Source: an uncultured delta proteobacterium (lineage in GTDB: Bacteria; Desulfobacterota; Binatia; UBA9968). From it: a stretch of DNA of 64,000 nucleotides. The DNA is taken from assembly GCA_963745835.1 (NCBI GenBank), contig CAVUZH010000019.1, forward strand, positions 486,360-550,359, in the 5' to 3' direction. The notes below the pieces were generated by a model that made no database searches, was not told the origin of the DNA, and saw only the letters and a program-made list of their open reading frames with translations. The position numbers were made by a program, and so were the translations under genes. Of this stretch, positions 9,119 to 19,463 are shown piece after piece. Positions within the stretch are counted from its first letter, which is position 1. Each line of letters opens with the position of its first letter.

Positions 9119-10222
9119 ATGAACTATTCGAACGCATCCCAATGGACCGAGGTTGCTCACAGTCTGGGCCGGGAATTCGCCGCCCGCGCTGCGGCCCACG
9201 ATGAGCAGGACACATTCGTCGGCGCTAACTACGCGGCGCTGAAGGAGCGGCGGGTGTTCTCCGCGGCGATTCCACAAGAATTGGGTGGCGGCGGCGCCTC
9301 GCACCGTGGGATCTCAGACATGCTTCGCGTACTTGCCCAATATTGCGGCTCCACCGCGCTGGCACTCTCGATGCACCAGCATCTCATCGCCGCCACAGTT
9401 TGGAAATACCGACACGGTCAGGGCGGCGAGCCCTTGCTTAAGAAGGTCGCCGAAAGCCAGCTCGTGCTCGTCAGCACAGGCGCCGGCGATTGGCTGGAGT
9501 CCAACGGCTCGATGAACAAAACCGATGGGGGCTATGTCGTCAGCGCCCAAAAACACTTCGCCAGCCAGTCTGCGGTCGGCGACATGCTGGTCACGAGCGC
9601 GCCGTTCATGGATGAGGTCCTGCACTTTCCGGTGCCGATGAACGCGCCGGGAGTCACAGTCCTGAACGACTGGCGCGCGCTCGGCATGAGAGGCACCGGT
9701 TCTCATACCGTCAAACTGGAGAACGTCTTCGTACCCGAAGCCGCCATCGCTCTGCGACGGCCGCGCGGCGCCTATCACCCGGTTTGGAATGTTGTGCTAA
9801 CGGTGGCAATGCCGCTGATCATGTCCGTCTATGTGGGCATCGCGCAAAAGGCGGCGGAGTTATCGGTTAGCCATCTCCGACGGAAAAAAACTCGGAAACC
9901 GCAGGTGCCCTCTTTGATCGGTGCAATGAACAACGATCTGATGGCCGCTGAGATTCAGCTGAATGACATGCTGCGCATCGCCAACAATTACGAGTTCGAA
10001 GCCATCGACAAAAACGGTCATGACATTCTCGCGCGAAAGACCAACGTCGCCAACGCCGCCATAGGCGTTGTCACCAAAGCGATGGAAATCGTTGGCGGTG
10101 AGGGTTTGTACCGTGATTTCGGTTTGGAGCGGCTTTTCCGCGATGTTCAAGGCGCGCGCTATCATCCGTTGCCGGAAGCTGAGCAGGTAAAGTTTTCGGG
10201 AGAGTATCTCTTACGCGACTGA
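9119..10222 (+). CDS. Acyl-CoA dehydrogenase-family protein
   Basis: IPQELGGGG, STALALSMH, DWRALGMRGTGS, LERLFRDV; AAGGAG RBS. Confidence 0.9.
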   Translation: MNYSNASQWTEVAHSLGREFAARAAAHDEQDTFVGANYAALKERRVFSAAIPQELGGGGASHRGISDMLRVLAQYCGSTALALSMHQHLIAATVWKYRHGQGGEPLLKKVAESQLVLVSTGAGDWLESNGSMNKTDGGYVVSAQKHFASQSAVGDMLVTSAPFMDEVLHFPVPMNAPGVTVLNDWRALGMRGTGSHTVKLENVFVPEAAIALRRPRGAYHPVWNVVLTVAMPLIMSVYVGIAQKAAELSVSHLRRKKTRKPQVPSLIGAMNNDLMAAEIQLNDMLRIANNYEFEAIDKNGHDILARKTNVANAAIGVVTKAMEIVGGEGLYRDFGLERLFRDVQGARYHPLPEAEQVKFSGEYLLRD

Positions 10223-10580
10223 CGCATGTCGCCGGGTGGCAGGCTGCCAGCGGCCTGCGCCGTGGCAGCGGAAGAGACGATAAGTCGCAGCGCGAACTTA
10301 CTGATTCAATTTGCTTTGCTGGCATCAGAGCGCGGGGCATTTAGGGTCAACTTGAGCTAGCGCCTTCTCCTTCGTATTCGGTGTAAATCGGCCACCGATT
10401 CTGGTTGAAAGCGGTCGAGGTCGGAGCGGCACGCAGGAAGCAAGTCTTATAGAATTTAATTGAAAGTTTAACTCGACGTGATTTCTGTTGCGAAAGCAGG
10501 ACGACATATGCATCGGAGTGGCGTCATGAGTATTTTCTCATTGAAATTTTCGTGTCGAAATTTCAATCGACAACCTAAGC

Positions 10581-11556
10581 TCAAGGCTTTTTATAAAGTT
10601 TCTCCATAAATCCTTCACGAACCATGCGGTCCACGATAGAATTATCGACGATTGTTTCCAACGAAGTACCTTTCTTACCCATAAATTCAAGTATGGTATA
10701 GACTGCCTCTTTTTCTAGCCGGGGCACCCGGTCCAGATAAGTAGTGGCGTCCGCATATAAGGTCTCGATTCGCTTCGGGTCATCGAGACGAGAATACTTA
10801 GCCAGTATTATCAACGCCTTACCTTTAGATGATGCAGGGCGGCCACACCCTCGACGTATGCCCGGATCATGCCTCCCACGCCTTCTCTATTTTGATTGTA
10901 GTAGTCGCGTGAGACCACAATCATATTCATCGAATATGGGATGCCTAAGTCAATCAAGTTCAGCAGCACCTTCGCCGGAATATTTGGATCTACGACCAGA
11001 TCTGAGGTCACTGTACCTTCGATGACGCGCTGTTGGAAGGCGGCTGCAACCTCACGGGTCCGCCCTCCGAACAGGCGGATTTTCACAGCGTCTTCAAACA
11101 AATATTTTCTCAGCAGGATCTTCGTTAGGTTAACCGAGAAGCCCCGAAGCGTGTGAATCCGAACGTCATTCCCGGCAAATCCTCAATTCTGTCAATCGGG
11201 GGCGGCACCCAGGGCTGAGATAAGGCCGATTGGCGTTCCGGAGACGCCAATGATTGAAGCTCTATTCACAACGCGTTGATCACAGCATTACAGCGGCTAT
11301 CCACGCGTGCAGATCACCGCCAACAAAGCGGTGCACAGCACGGGCACGGCCGGTATATATATGAGACTGGCTTGCATCGCATATTTCTCAAATGCGCCGA
11401 TCTCCTTTGCCATCCACAACGCGGCAGCCATCGGGCCGATGGTGGAATAACGAATGTAATCCTCTTCGGCTCTGCCGGCAAAGCATAAGAACCGAGCAGC
11501 AGAAAGACGAGAAAAAAAACACCTACACCAAACGTAAATAGTAGTGTCTGCTTCAT
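10581..11556 (-). pseudogene. NitT/TauT-type substrate-binding protein with multiple frameshifts
   Basis: Fragments 11314-11556, 10811-11101 and 10581-10814 resemble the intact SBP at 18468-19463. Confidence 0.75.
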
Positions 11557-11563
11557 GTTCTAT

Positions 11564-12559
11564 TCAGTCATCTAAATCGATGAAGAGTTCTTCAAGCGCG
11601 GGCTTTCTACGGATCAGTCCCTGACTGTTAGAATAGTCAAGAAACTTGTTTAGTATACGGGCATTCTTGCCAATTCCATGTGCCCAAGGATCATCTCCCA
11701 TCATCTCTGCAATTTCCTCAACATATTCATCAAACCAGGGGAAGACAGCATTCCTCCTCACGATTGCCACCTTTTCATAGAAATCTTGCCTTAAACTCTG
11801 AAGTAGCCGATGGACTCTGCTCGCTATTTCCCTTCCGTCCCCGGGGAGCCCCTTCTTCAAAACCAGCATGTGCATTATTGGAAAGATCCGGTGTTTCAGA
11901 TAATATGTTTTCTCGACCTCTTTACAATCTGGAAACAGGCACCGGATAAGAGACCCGCTTTTTTGCGCAAGCTCAGGCTTGTGAACACACATCACTGCAT
12001 CGAGACGGTCATCCAGCAGCATTTTAAACAAAGTGTCGTTTTGCCCAATAGGTTGAATGCGACCTGCAATCTCCGCGGGAAGTTCGACCCGCTCCACGCG
12101 TCCAGGGTGTTCTGCTCCTCCAGTAAACCAATGGATCTCTGCCGGATTCACCCCGAAGTCTTCCCGAAGCATTCCTCTTACCCACACTGCCGCCGTCATG
12201 CCATATTCCGGCATACCAACTCTTTTCCCTCTGAACTGCTCGCCGCTGATTGCATCGCTCTCGGCTTTTACGAAAAGTGCAGAGTGACGGAATCGCTTAG
12301 AAGGAAAAATGGGAAGCCCGACGTATTTGTCCCAGCCTTGGTCCCTCAGCATTGTGTAAGTCGATAGGGACATCTCAGCGGGATCATATGGAGCTGATTC
12401 TATGACCTGGCGAAAGATCAAGTGCGGCGGGGAGACGTAATTCCACGTAAGTTCAATCCCATCGGACGCGTAATGTCCGTCCAGGAGTTTTCCAAAAAAT
12501 GGATAGTACATACTAGCAAACTTAAGCGTAAGCACCTTAGCCTCCTCGTCTTCGTTCAT
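11564..12559 (-). CDS. 4,5-dihydroxyphthalate decarboxylase-like protein (SBP fold)
   Basis: AEMSLSTY, LPIFPSKRFRHS, GKRVGMPEYGMTAAVWVRG, IFPIMH; start estimated. Confidence 0.8.
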   Translation of the reverse strand: MNEDEEAKVLTLKFASMYYPFFGKLLDGHYASDGIELTWNYVSPPHLIFRQVIESAPYDPAEMSLSTYTMLRDQGWDKYVGLPIFPSKRFRHSALFVKAESDAISGEQFRGKRVGMPEYGMTAAVWVRGMLREDFGVNPAEIHWFTGGAEHPGRVERVELPAEIAGRIQPIGQNDTLFKMLLDDRLDAVMCVHKPELAQKSGSLIRCLFPDCKEVEKTYYLKHRIFPIMHMLVLKKGLPGDGREIASRVHRLLQSLRQDFYEKVAIVRRNAVFPWFDEYVEEIAEMMGDDPWAHGIGKNARILNKFLDYSNSQGLIRRKPALEELFIDLDD

Positions 12560-12638
12560 CCGACTCAACCTCATTCGCGCCGATGCTTCATCCTTTAAAA
12601 TTGATTTGTTGCTCCGCTTTTTACTGAATCGGAGCAAG

Positions 12639-13103
12639 TCAATCTAGTGTCTGGATCATCATTTCAGTTTCTACTGGTGCACCGGCGCCTAGAGACGCGA
12701 CGCCTATAGCTGCCCGTGCATGCTTGCCTCGTTCACCCCACAGTTGAACGAGAAGATCGGATTGACCGTTTATGACTTTAGGGATATCGACAAAACCGGG
12801 AGCCACGTTTACATAGCCGGTGACCTTAACGATGCGTTGAACCAGATCAAGATCGCCTAGCGCACCTTTGATGATAGCCAGGTGATTGAGTGCACAGCAA
12901 CGTGCCAACTCGTAAGCCTGCTCCAAACTTACTTCGGCGCCAACTTTTCCTTTGTACTTGAGCGGCGCGCCGTTGATCCTGCCAATATTGCCACCGATAA
13001 TCATGAGGCTGCCCACTCGGACGAATCCAATGTAATTCGCAATTGGCTGGGGAAGATTCGGCAATTCCAAGCCGAGGGCATTTAGCTTTCGCTCTATTTC
13101 CAT
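12639..13103 (-). CDS. RidA/YjgF-family protein
   Basis: PIANY, RIVKVTGYVN, VINGQSDLL..WGERGKHARAAIG. Confidence 0.9.
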   Translation of the reverse strand: MEIERKLNALGLELPNLPQPIANYIGFVRVGSLMIIGGNIGRINGAPLKYKGKVGAEVSLEQAYELARCCALNHLAIIKGALGDLDLVQRIVKVTGYVNVAPGFVDIPKVINGQSDLLVQLWGERGKHARAAIGVASLGAGAPVETEMMIQTLD

Positions 13104-13144
13104 AATTTTCTCCTGTTAATTTCTGTCGATATATTGCGCCGGAT

Positions 13145-14130
13145 CTATTGACTCATCGATTTGAAGAACCCATTTCGCTCCAACTCTGAAAAGAAACTCG
13201 AATCGATGAAATCTTCGGGCTTGAAGTTTTTTACTTTAGGGTTGGTCTCGGCAAGTTGTCCCATGAGCGTTGCTAAGCCCTTGTAAGGTAGATTGGGGAT
13301 ACGCTCAATAAAGTTCTTTGCATAATCGTAGGCGGAATCGAGGATCTCCGGATCATTGACACGCATATATTTCGAGAAAACAGTCTGGGAAAATGCCTTA
13401 TCTTTAAAGAGTCTCGCTACCCCCTCAGTGTAAGCCATTAAGATCCCTTTCACCGTCGCGGGGTCTTTGCGAATAAAAGAGCGCGTGGTTACGAGGGAGT
13501 TGATCGGAAATTCAACGCCGATCTTACCCATGTCCTGCAAAACGATAAATCCGGCCTTTCGCGCCATGAACTCTGTCGGCGATCCGGTAACGCCGGCTTG
13601 AACGGTGTTAGCCTTCATTCCAGCGAGTATCTCTGGCTGGCCGCCCATCTGAAGTATTTTCACCTCCCGGTCCGGTTCATTCCCGACTTCTGCAGTAGGA
13701 ACCGGATGATAAAGTCCGTTGAAGAACCATAGCGCGTAATACCGACAGCCTTTCCCTTGAGATCGGTTAATTTTTTAATCGATGGATGAGCGGTCAAATA
13801 AAAATTGGGCCGATTAACAACTCCTCCGATAATGGCGAAATCGGCACCGCTTACATTCGCCGTTACAATGGAGCCACCCACCAGCCCTGCCAAGAACTCT
13901 CCGGAAATCATTGCCTGCGAGACCGTGGTCCCGCTCGCCACATAGACCAAGTCGGCATTGAGGCCGTATTTTTCGAGAAGCCTGGCCTCTTTAGTTACCC
14001 AAATGCCGGATTGAACGACAGCTATGGAACTAAATGCAATTGGAACTCTTTTGAGTTGTGCCTGGACTAGAACAGGAGAAACGAGGATAGCTACGGCGAT
14101 AAAGTTTTTAATAACTTTCTTGCAACACAT
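13145..14130 (-). pseudogene. NitT/TauT-type substrate-binding protein split by one frameshift
   Basis: ORFs 13660-14130 and 13145-13663 join near 13670 into one SBP. Confidence 0.8.
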
Positions 14131-14140
14131 AACCGAATTC

Positions 14141-14983
14141 CTAACCGGATTTCTTCATCCGATGACGGTTTAAAAAGTCAAGGTAAATGGCGTTTGCGAC
14201 TTCAGGCTTCTGCCAGAGATATCCATGATTGCAGCCATCAACAGTTTGGAATTCGGCTACTTGAATTCCTGCCAGCAAGGCTTGGCAGGAAGCTACGTGC
14301 GAAAATGTACCTGACATATGGATATCGCCAGCGCCGCAAATGAGCAAAGTCGGGCACTTGATTTTGTCCAGCAGTTTGCTGGTTTCGTGCTCCTGACGTG
14401 CCAGCATATGCCTCAGATAGGCGCGCGCAGGCGTTGGATATTTCAGATTGGCGTCCCTAAGACGACCTACAGCCGTGGGATGTTCCTTAACGAATTCCGC
14501 AGGAAACATGAATTTGCTCTCATGGAAATCGCGCATGTAGTTGTCAAAGCCCTGTTCCATCATTTGAGCACAGGTTCCAAAGGGAAGGCCTCGTTCGAAG
14601 GTGTATCCCTTGACTTCACCTGGACCGGTGCTGGATAGAATCAGACTCGCCACAGCTTCAGGGTGGTCAATCGCCAACCATTGAGCGACTCGTCCTCCCA
14701 TAGAGTGGCCTAAGATGTGGGCGCGCGCGATGCCCAGTCCTTGCATTAGGTCAAAACAGTCCTCAGAAAACATTCGGGTTGAGTAATGCGCGTCGGGCTT
14801 GTCACTTTGCCCGGTGCCCCGGAAATCCCAGGTGACCACCTGAAAGTGATGGCCAAGCTCAGGGAGTTGAAAGTACTTCCAGTGCTCACCGGAATTACCG
14901 GTACCGCTCAGAAGCACAAGGGGCTCACGATCCCCATGCAGCTCATAAAAAATATTAATGTCGTTTGCGCGGAGTGTAGGCAT
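14141..14983 (-). CDS. Alpha/beta hydrolase
   Basis: DFRGTGQS, GHSMGG nucleophile elbow, C-terminal NHG. Confidence 0.9.
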   Translation of the reverse strand: MPTLRANDINIFYELHGDREPLVLLSGTGNSGEHWKYFQLPELGHHFQVVTWDFRGTGQSDKPDAHYSTRMFSEDCFDLMQGLGIARAHILGHSMGGRVAQWLAIDHPEAVASLILSSTGPGEVKGYTFERGLPFGTCAQMMEQGFDNYMRDFHESKFMFPAEFVKEHPTAVGRLRDANLKYPTPARAYLRHMLARQEHETSKLLDKIKCPTLLICGAGDIHMSGTFSHVASCQALLAGIQVAEFQTVDGCNHGYLWQKPEVANAIYLDFLNRHRMKKSG

Positions 14984-15085
14984 TTAAGTTTCTCCTCGTA
15001 TTTAGTGGCTCAATGGTTTTTGATTGCCAGAATTGAATCATCAAATCAAATATATTAAATCTGATGATTCCATAGATATTCATTT

Positions 15086-15972
15086 ATGCCCTCGATTCCT
15101 TCTCTTCACCTTCTCAAGGTCTTCCTGCGGGTCGTCAATGAGCGCGGTATCTCCAAAGCCGCGGCCGCCCTCAACGTAAGGCAGCCTTCGGTTTCCATGC
15201 AGATTCGTCAACTCGAAACCACCTTCGGGGTGAAATTGCTCGATCGTCTTGGGCAAGAGATCCATCCAACCCAAGCAGGAATGATGTTACGAGAATACGC
15301 GACGAAGATCCTTGACTTGGTTGATCACTTGCACGCCGACATGGCGAATCTGCAGAACTTGAGAACCGGCCGGCTGGTAGTGGGTGGGAGTAAAGTACCA
15401 AGTGCTAGAAGATTCCTCTGGCCATTGCAACGTTTCAAAAGTTGTACGGGCAAACAGAGATTTTGATGGAAGTGGCAAGCAGCGATGCTGTGGAACAATG
15501 GGTTCTTGAGAACCACGTTGATTTTGCAATCGTCGTAGGCGATCCCGTCGCACCTCAAATCGTGGAAGAACCGTTTTATAAGGAAGATTGGTACTGTTCT
15601 ACCACCCAAACACCCCATGGAGAAAAGGAGATAGGTATCGGCTTATCAGATCTCAGAAATGCGCTTGTTTCTGCCGCACGATGGACGGGTGAAGACATAT
15701 ATTGAGAACTGCTTTGCAGAAAAAGGAATACCGCTCAATCGGAGGGTATCTCTCGGATCGATGGATTCAGTTAAGACTGCGATTGGTGCCGGATTAGGGG
15801 TATGGATCATGGCCAGATCGACAGTCGAAAGAGAAGTAAAAACCGGTTTGCTATTGACAAAAGACTATGCGATCTGGAACTGAAGTATCCGGTAAACATC
15901 AACTATCATAAGGATAAGCATTTTTCCCGGCTAGCCACGGAATTTCTTGCTGTTCTTAGAGAGTCTGTCTGA
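15086..15972 (+). pseudogene. LysR-family regulator, frameshifted, divergent from the hydrolase operon
   Basis: ISKAAAALNVRQPSVSMQIRQLE HTH; substrate-binding domain continues across frames to TGA at 15970-15972. Confidence 0.85.
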
Positions 15973-16299
15973 ACGAGAATCTCACCCCGATTACCCTACA
16001 GCTCGTTGAGAAACAGAGATCGTGAAACGATCGCGATTACTTATACCCGGGATCAGGTTATACCGGGGATCAAGCGAGGGATGAGATATGCGATCTTCAC
16101 TGGAAAATCGGCCTCGGTGATGATGCCGTTATCGATGAGCAGCTTTTGCCGCGTCGGTTTGCGGCTAAATTTGCAACCAACTCGAGACGGCATGAGCCAC
16201 GCGGCGAAACGCTATCAGGTTGCTGATCTTATAAACGGAATGGCCTCCGCGCGACCGGCTGTGGTACACCGGCGGAGACAAAACCTTAGGAGGCCAGCG

Positions 16300-17309
16300 A
16301 TGGAACATTTTGTTGGTATCGATTTACACAAGTACGTATCACAATTGGCTGTGTTGAGGGAAAGCCGATCTCCTTCACAGTTACGTTTGGCGAATGATGT
16401 TGTGACGGTGGAACGGATTTTAAAGAAACTTCCCGAGGGGAGCAAGATAGCGGTAGAGGCGATGGGTTCGTGGTGGTGGATGGTTGAGCTAGTGCAAAAG
16501 ACTGGCCACGAAGCGTTTTGGTCGCATCCAAGCAGACAAGGCGTTCGGTCAGCGCGATTGAAGTCCGATAAGGTCGATGCTTGGATATTGGCCAAGTTAC
16601 TTAAGGCCGATCTGCTTCCCGCGGTGTAGATCCCTCCTGAAAACCAACGTCATATTCGCGAGCTTCTGACCCACCGGGCGCGCCTGGTGCGTCAACGAAC
16701 CGCTGTGATCAACGAACTGCGTGCGGTTTACGCCAAGCGAAACATCGATCCTCAAGCCAAGCTTCAGCGGGCCGAACCCCAAGTCTCGGGAGCCGAGGAT
16801 CTCAGCGGCTATGCTCCGAGGATTGTGGGAGAAGATGTGGAGCTTTTGGGGTTTGTCAATGGGCAGATTGGAGGACTGGACAAGGAGTTGATGAAGATCG
16901 CTCTTGAAGATGGCTCGGCTAAGCGGCTGATGACGATCCCGGGGGTGGGAGCGGTGAGTGCGGTGGCGATGAGCTGCTGGATTGGCGAGATTGCTCGATT
17001 TTCTAATGCGAAAAAGTTGGCCAGCTACTTTGGGTAGGCGCCGCGGGTGCGCCAGAGCGCCGACACCGAACGCCATGGACATATCACCAAAGAAGGCGAT
17101 CGCATGGTGCGCTCTCTGGTGATCCAAGCCGCCCTGGTGTATACGCGAAGGGGTAAAGGCCTGAGCGTAGCATTATTTGGGGTGCTTAAAAGAAGAGGCA
17201 AGCCGATTGACCGGGTGGCGGCGGCCAACAAACTGTTGGGCGTGATTTTTCATATGCTCAAAGAATGCATCGACTATCAGGAATCCTCAGGCGTAGCGAC
17301 GCACAGTGA
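16300..17309 (+). pseudogene. IS110 DEDD recombinase/transposase, inactivated
   Basis: AGGAGG RBS; GIDLHK, AVEA, KSDKVDA, LMTIPGVG, RF.NAKKLASYFG, RQS, GHITKEG; in-frame TAG at 16627-16629 and 17035-17037 plus small deletions. Confidence 0.9.
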
Positions 17310-17435
17310 GGCCGTACTTGTTCATGGTCGTAAGACCGAGTTGCTGATTGGGCAGCTGTGCCTCTCCAGAGGGAGAACCGCCGGATTTAAGATATGCGCT
17401 TTTAAAGGGCGCGAAGAGATGAGTGGGTCGCTACC
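17301..17435 (+). ncRNA. Predicted bridge RNA / seekRNA guide region (target loop and donor loop)
   Basis: CTTGTTCA-hairpin-GTTGCTGA matches both strands of the target; TAAGAT(-)A-hairpin-AGAGATGA matches both strands of the circle junction; RNA boundaries uncertain. Confidence 0.8.
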
Positions 17436-17613
17436 CATACGTTGATCAGCCCGGCGATCAGAGCCGAAAAGGGGAATACCGGGAGTCATATTAAACTGAG
17501 ATAGTGCGTTATAAGCGAAATACGGAGGTCTTTTTTTGAGAAATCATTGCAAAACAAAATCAAGCTGTAACCCGCTTGACTGAGCCGTTCCGTTTAGAGA
17601 TGAAAAAGCCTTT

Positions 17614-17755
17614 GCGGGTTGCTCAAAAACCAAAGACGGGACGCGCTACGAACCGTGATCGTTTCCCGTGAAAATCCACACGAGCATGACACGCTTCAGG
17701 ATCCGATCTAGTGGGGCGACGCAACGAAGCTAATCGATGTTTTTCAGCGGCCCGT
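17614..17755 (+). mobile_element. MITE-like repeat, copy 2
   Basis: GCGGGTTGCTCAAAAAC ... gcaacgaagc ... GTTTTTCAGCGGCCCGT; abuts the stop codon of the convergent gene. Confidence 0.7.
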
Positions 17756-18177
17756 TAGGCGCCTGATCGGAGACTGCCATAAAGGCGCTCGGGGGTAATG
17801 AGAACCAGATTTCTCTCTTCCTCACGCATCTGCCTGGCGAATTCCTCGTCCGTTCCTTTGGGGGCGCGGCCCATGGCCGTGTAGAGCTCCTTCAGCCGCT
17901 TGATATGCGCTGGCGTGTCTTGCCACGGCTCGATGGAGGTCGGGCCCTCGACGGTGACATAGCGCCGCGTGTCGAGCTTGATCACTGTGATCGTCGCCCG
18001 GCCCGTTCTCTGAATGTTCTTGATTTTTACCGTCCATCCGCGCGATGCAAACCCGACCTTACCATCCAATACGGCGGTCGAGACGACGGTCGACTGCGCA
18101 CGGCCGTTGGGCATGACGCTGATCGCGACGCCGGTGTGATTTTCTTGCAATAAGGGGAGCGCTTCTTTCCATTCCAT
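17755..18177 (-). CDS. PPOX/pyridoxamine 5'-phosphate oxidase-like protein (possibly F420-dependent)
   Basis: PNGRAQSTVV, KIKNIQR, RYVTVEG, R.LVLITPER; GGAGG RBS. Confidence 0.75.
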   Translation of the reverse strand: MEWKEALPLLQENHTGVAISVMPNGRAQSTVVSTAVLDGKVGFASRGWTVKIKNIQRTGRATITVIKLDTRRYVTVEGPTSIEPWQDTPAHIKRLKELYTAMGRAPKGTDEEFARQMREEERNLVLITPERLYGSLRSGA

Positions 18178-18467
18178 CTAAATCGTTCCTCCGAACTTTG
18201 AAGTGTTGGGGGCCCTCAACCACGATGAACTCGGAACCTATAACGCTGCATGCGACAATCAGTCAAGCCGGATTGCGGCTGATTTTTTGGAAGCGCTCGC
18301 TGCGGGGGTGAGACATGATAATCGTAAATTTTTTTTCCGAACCTTACTTAGCGGGAAGTGCAGACTTGTCGAGAGACTCATCTATCCGTCATCACAGACG
18401 GTGTTGTAAACTTGTCCGTAAATCGTGAGTGGAATCGATTTGATGAAGTCGTCGTCGAACCGTACAA

Positions 18468-19463
18468 CTAATTTCCATAAAGTTTTTTGATGAAGCCGCT
18501 GTCCTCGATTTCTTTCAAGATCGACGGATCGATGAAGTCTCCGGGGTTGAGATTTTTCATCTGCGGCCGGGTTTTGGCGAGTTGATCGATGATGGTCTGA
18601 ATTCCTTCGCGGTCCGGATAAGGGACCCGGCGAATCAGTCGCTGCGACATCTCGTCGTAAGCCACTTGCACCAGGGATAGATCGTCGAGCCGGGTATATT
18701 TTTTCAGCACGTTCAAGGCGACATCTTTGTTGGTTTTGAAGACAAAGATTCCCTCGAGATAGGCCTTCATGAATCGGACGGTGACGTCGCGATTGGCCTG
18801 GATGAAGCTTTTTCGTGCGCCAAAACCGTGCATCGAATAAGCCACGCCGAGCTGGCTCAAGTCGGCGACAATGGTCGAGCCCTGCCGCTGGGCCAGTGTC
18901 GCGAAAGGCTCGGACAAAACGACGGCGTCCACCGCTTTGTTTTGTAGCGCCAGAAACTCTTCCTGCTCGCCGCCCACCTGAATAATCGCCACGTCTCTGT
19001 CGGGAACCAGGCCCCAACGCGTTAGCGCATAGCGGATTGAGAAATCGCTGGCGCCGCCCAACCGGGAAATACCGACTTTTCTTCCCTTTAGCATCTCGGG
19101 CTTTTTGATTTCCGGACTGCCGAGAATCTTGAACACGAAAGTATTGAGAGTCGCGGTGAGACCGACGAAGTCGCCGCCGCTGACATTAGCGTTGATGTTG
19201 GCGACGCCGGCGCTGGTGATGAACTGAATCTCACCGGCGAGAGCCGCCTGAACCGCGCGCGAGCTCACCGGCACAAAAAGAATTTCAGCGTCGACGCCGT
19301 GTTTCCGCGGCAGCTCGAGTTCCTTCATGATGTAAACCGGATCGAATTGGATGCCGATTGAAGTATAGGCAGCGCGGATTTTGGGCAGGCTTTGCCCGAG
19401 CGCCTCTGCCGCGAATGCGACAACGAAAGCAAACCCGATCAGCAAGCCTTTCACTTTCAACAT
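18468..19463 (-). CDS. NitT/TauT ABC substrate-binding protein
   Basis: Signal peptide; LKGRKVGISRLGGASDF, GLVPDRDV. Confidence 0.9.
   Translation of the reverse strand: MLKVKGLLIGFAFVVAFAAEALGQSLPKIRAAYTSIGIQFDPVYIMKELELPRKHGVDAEILFVPVSSRAVQAALAGEIQFITSAGVANINANVSGGDFVGLTATLNTFVFKILGSPEIKKPEMLKGRKVGISRLGGASDFSIRYALTRWGLVPDRDVAIIQVGGEQEEFLALQNKAVDAVVLSEPFATLAQRQGSTIVADLSQLGVAYSMHGFGARKSFIQANRDVTVRFMKAYLEGIFVFKTNKDVALNVLKKYTRLDDLSLVQVAYDEMSQRLIRRVPYPDREGIQTIIDQLAKTRPQMKNLNPGDFIDPSILKEIEDSGFIKKLYGN

Larger units (their letters stand above)
16224..17603 (+). mobile_element. IS110-family (IS1111-type) insertion sequence
   Basis: Sub-terminal IRs TAAACGGAATGGC (16232-16244) and GCCGTTCCGTTTA (17584-17596), 12/13; TGA core at 16224-16226 and 17601-17603; outward TTGACT at 17576; long downstream non-coding region. 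Confidence 0.9.

Noticed and set aside
16006-16299. N-terminal extension of the transposase ORF
   Set aside because: It crosses the IS boundary. The real start is ATG 16300 with an AGGAGG RBS.
16627-17037. Two in-frame TAGs suggesting amber recoding or pyrrolysine
   Set aside because: They fall at expected Trp (TGG) and Leu (TTG) positions, the gene has other lesions, and TAG ends normal genes in this window.
17310-17445. C-terminal extension of the transposase ORF
   Set aside because: It arises from a frameshift near 17284, and the region is better explained as guide RNA.
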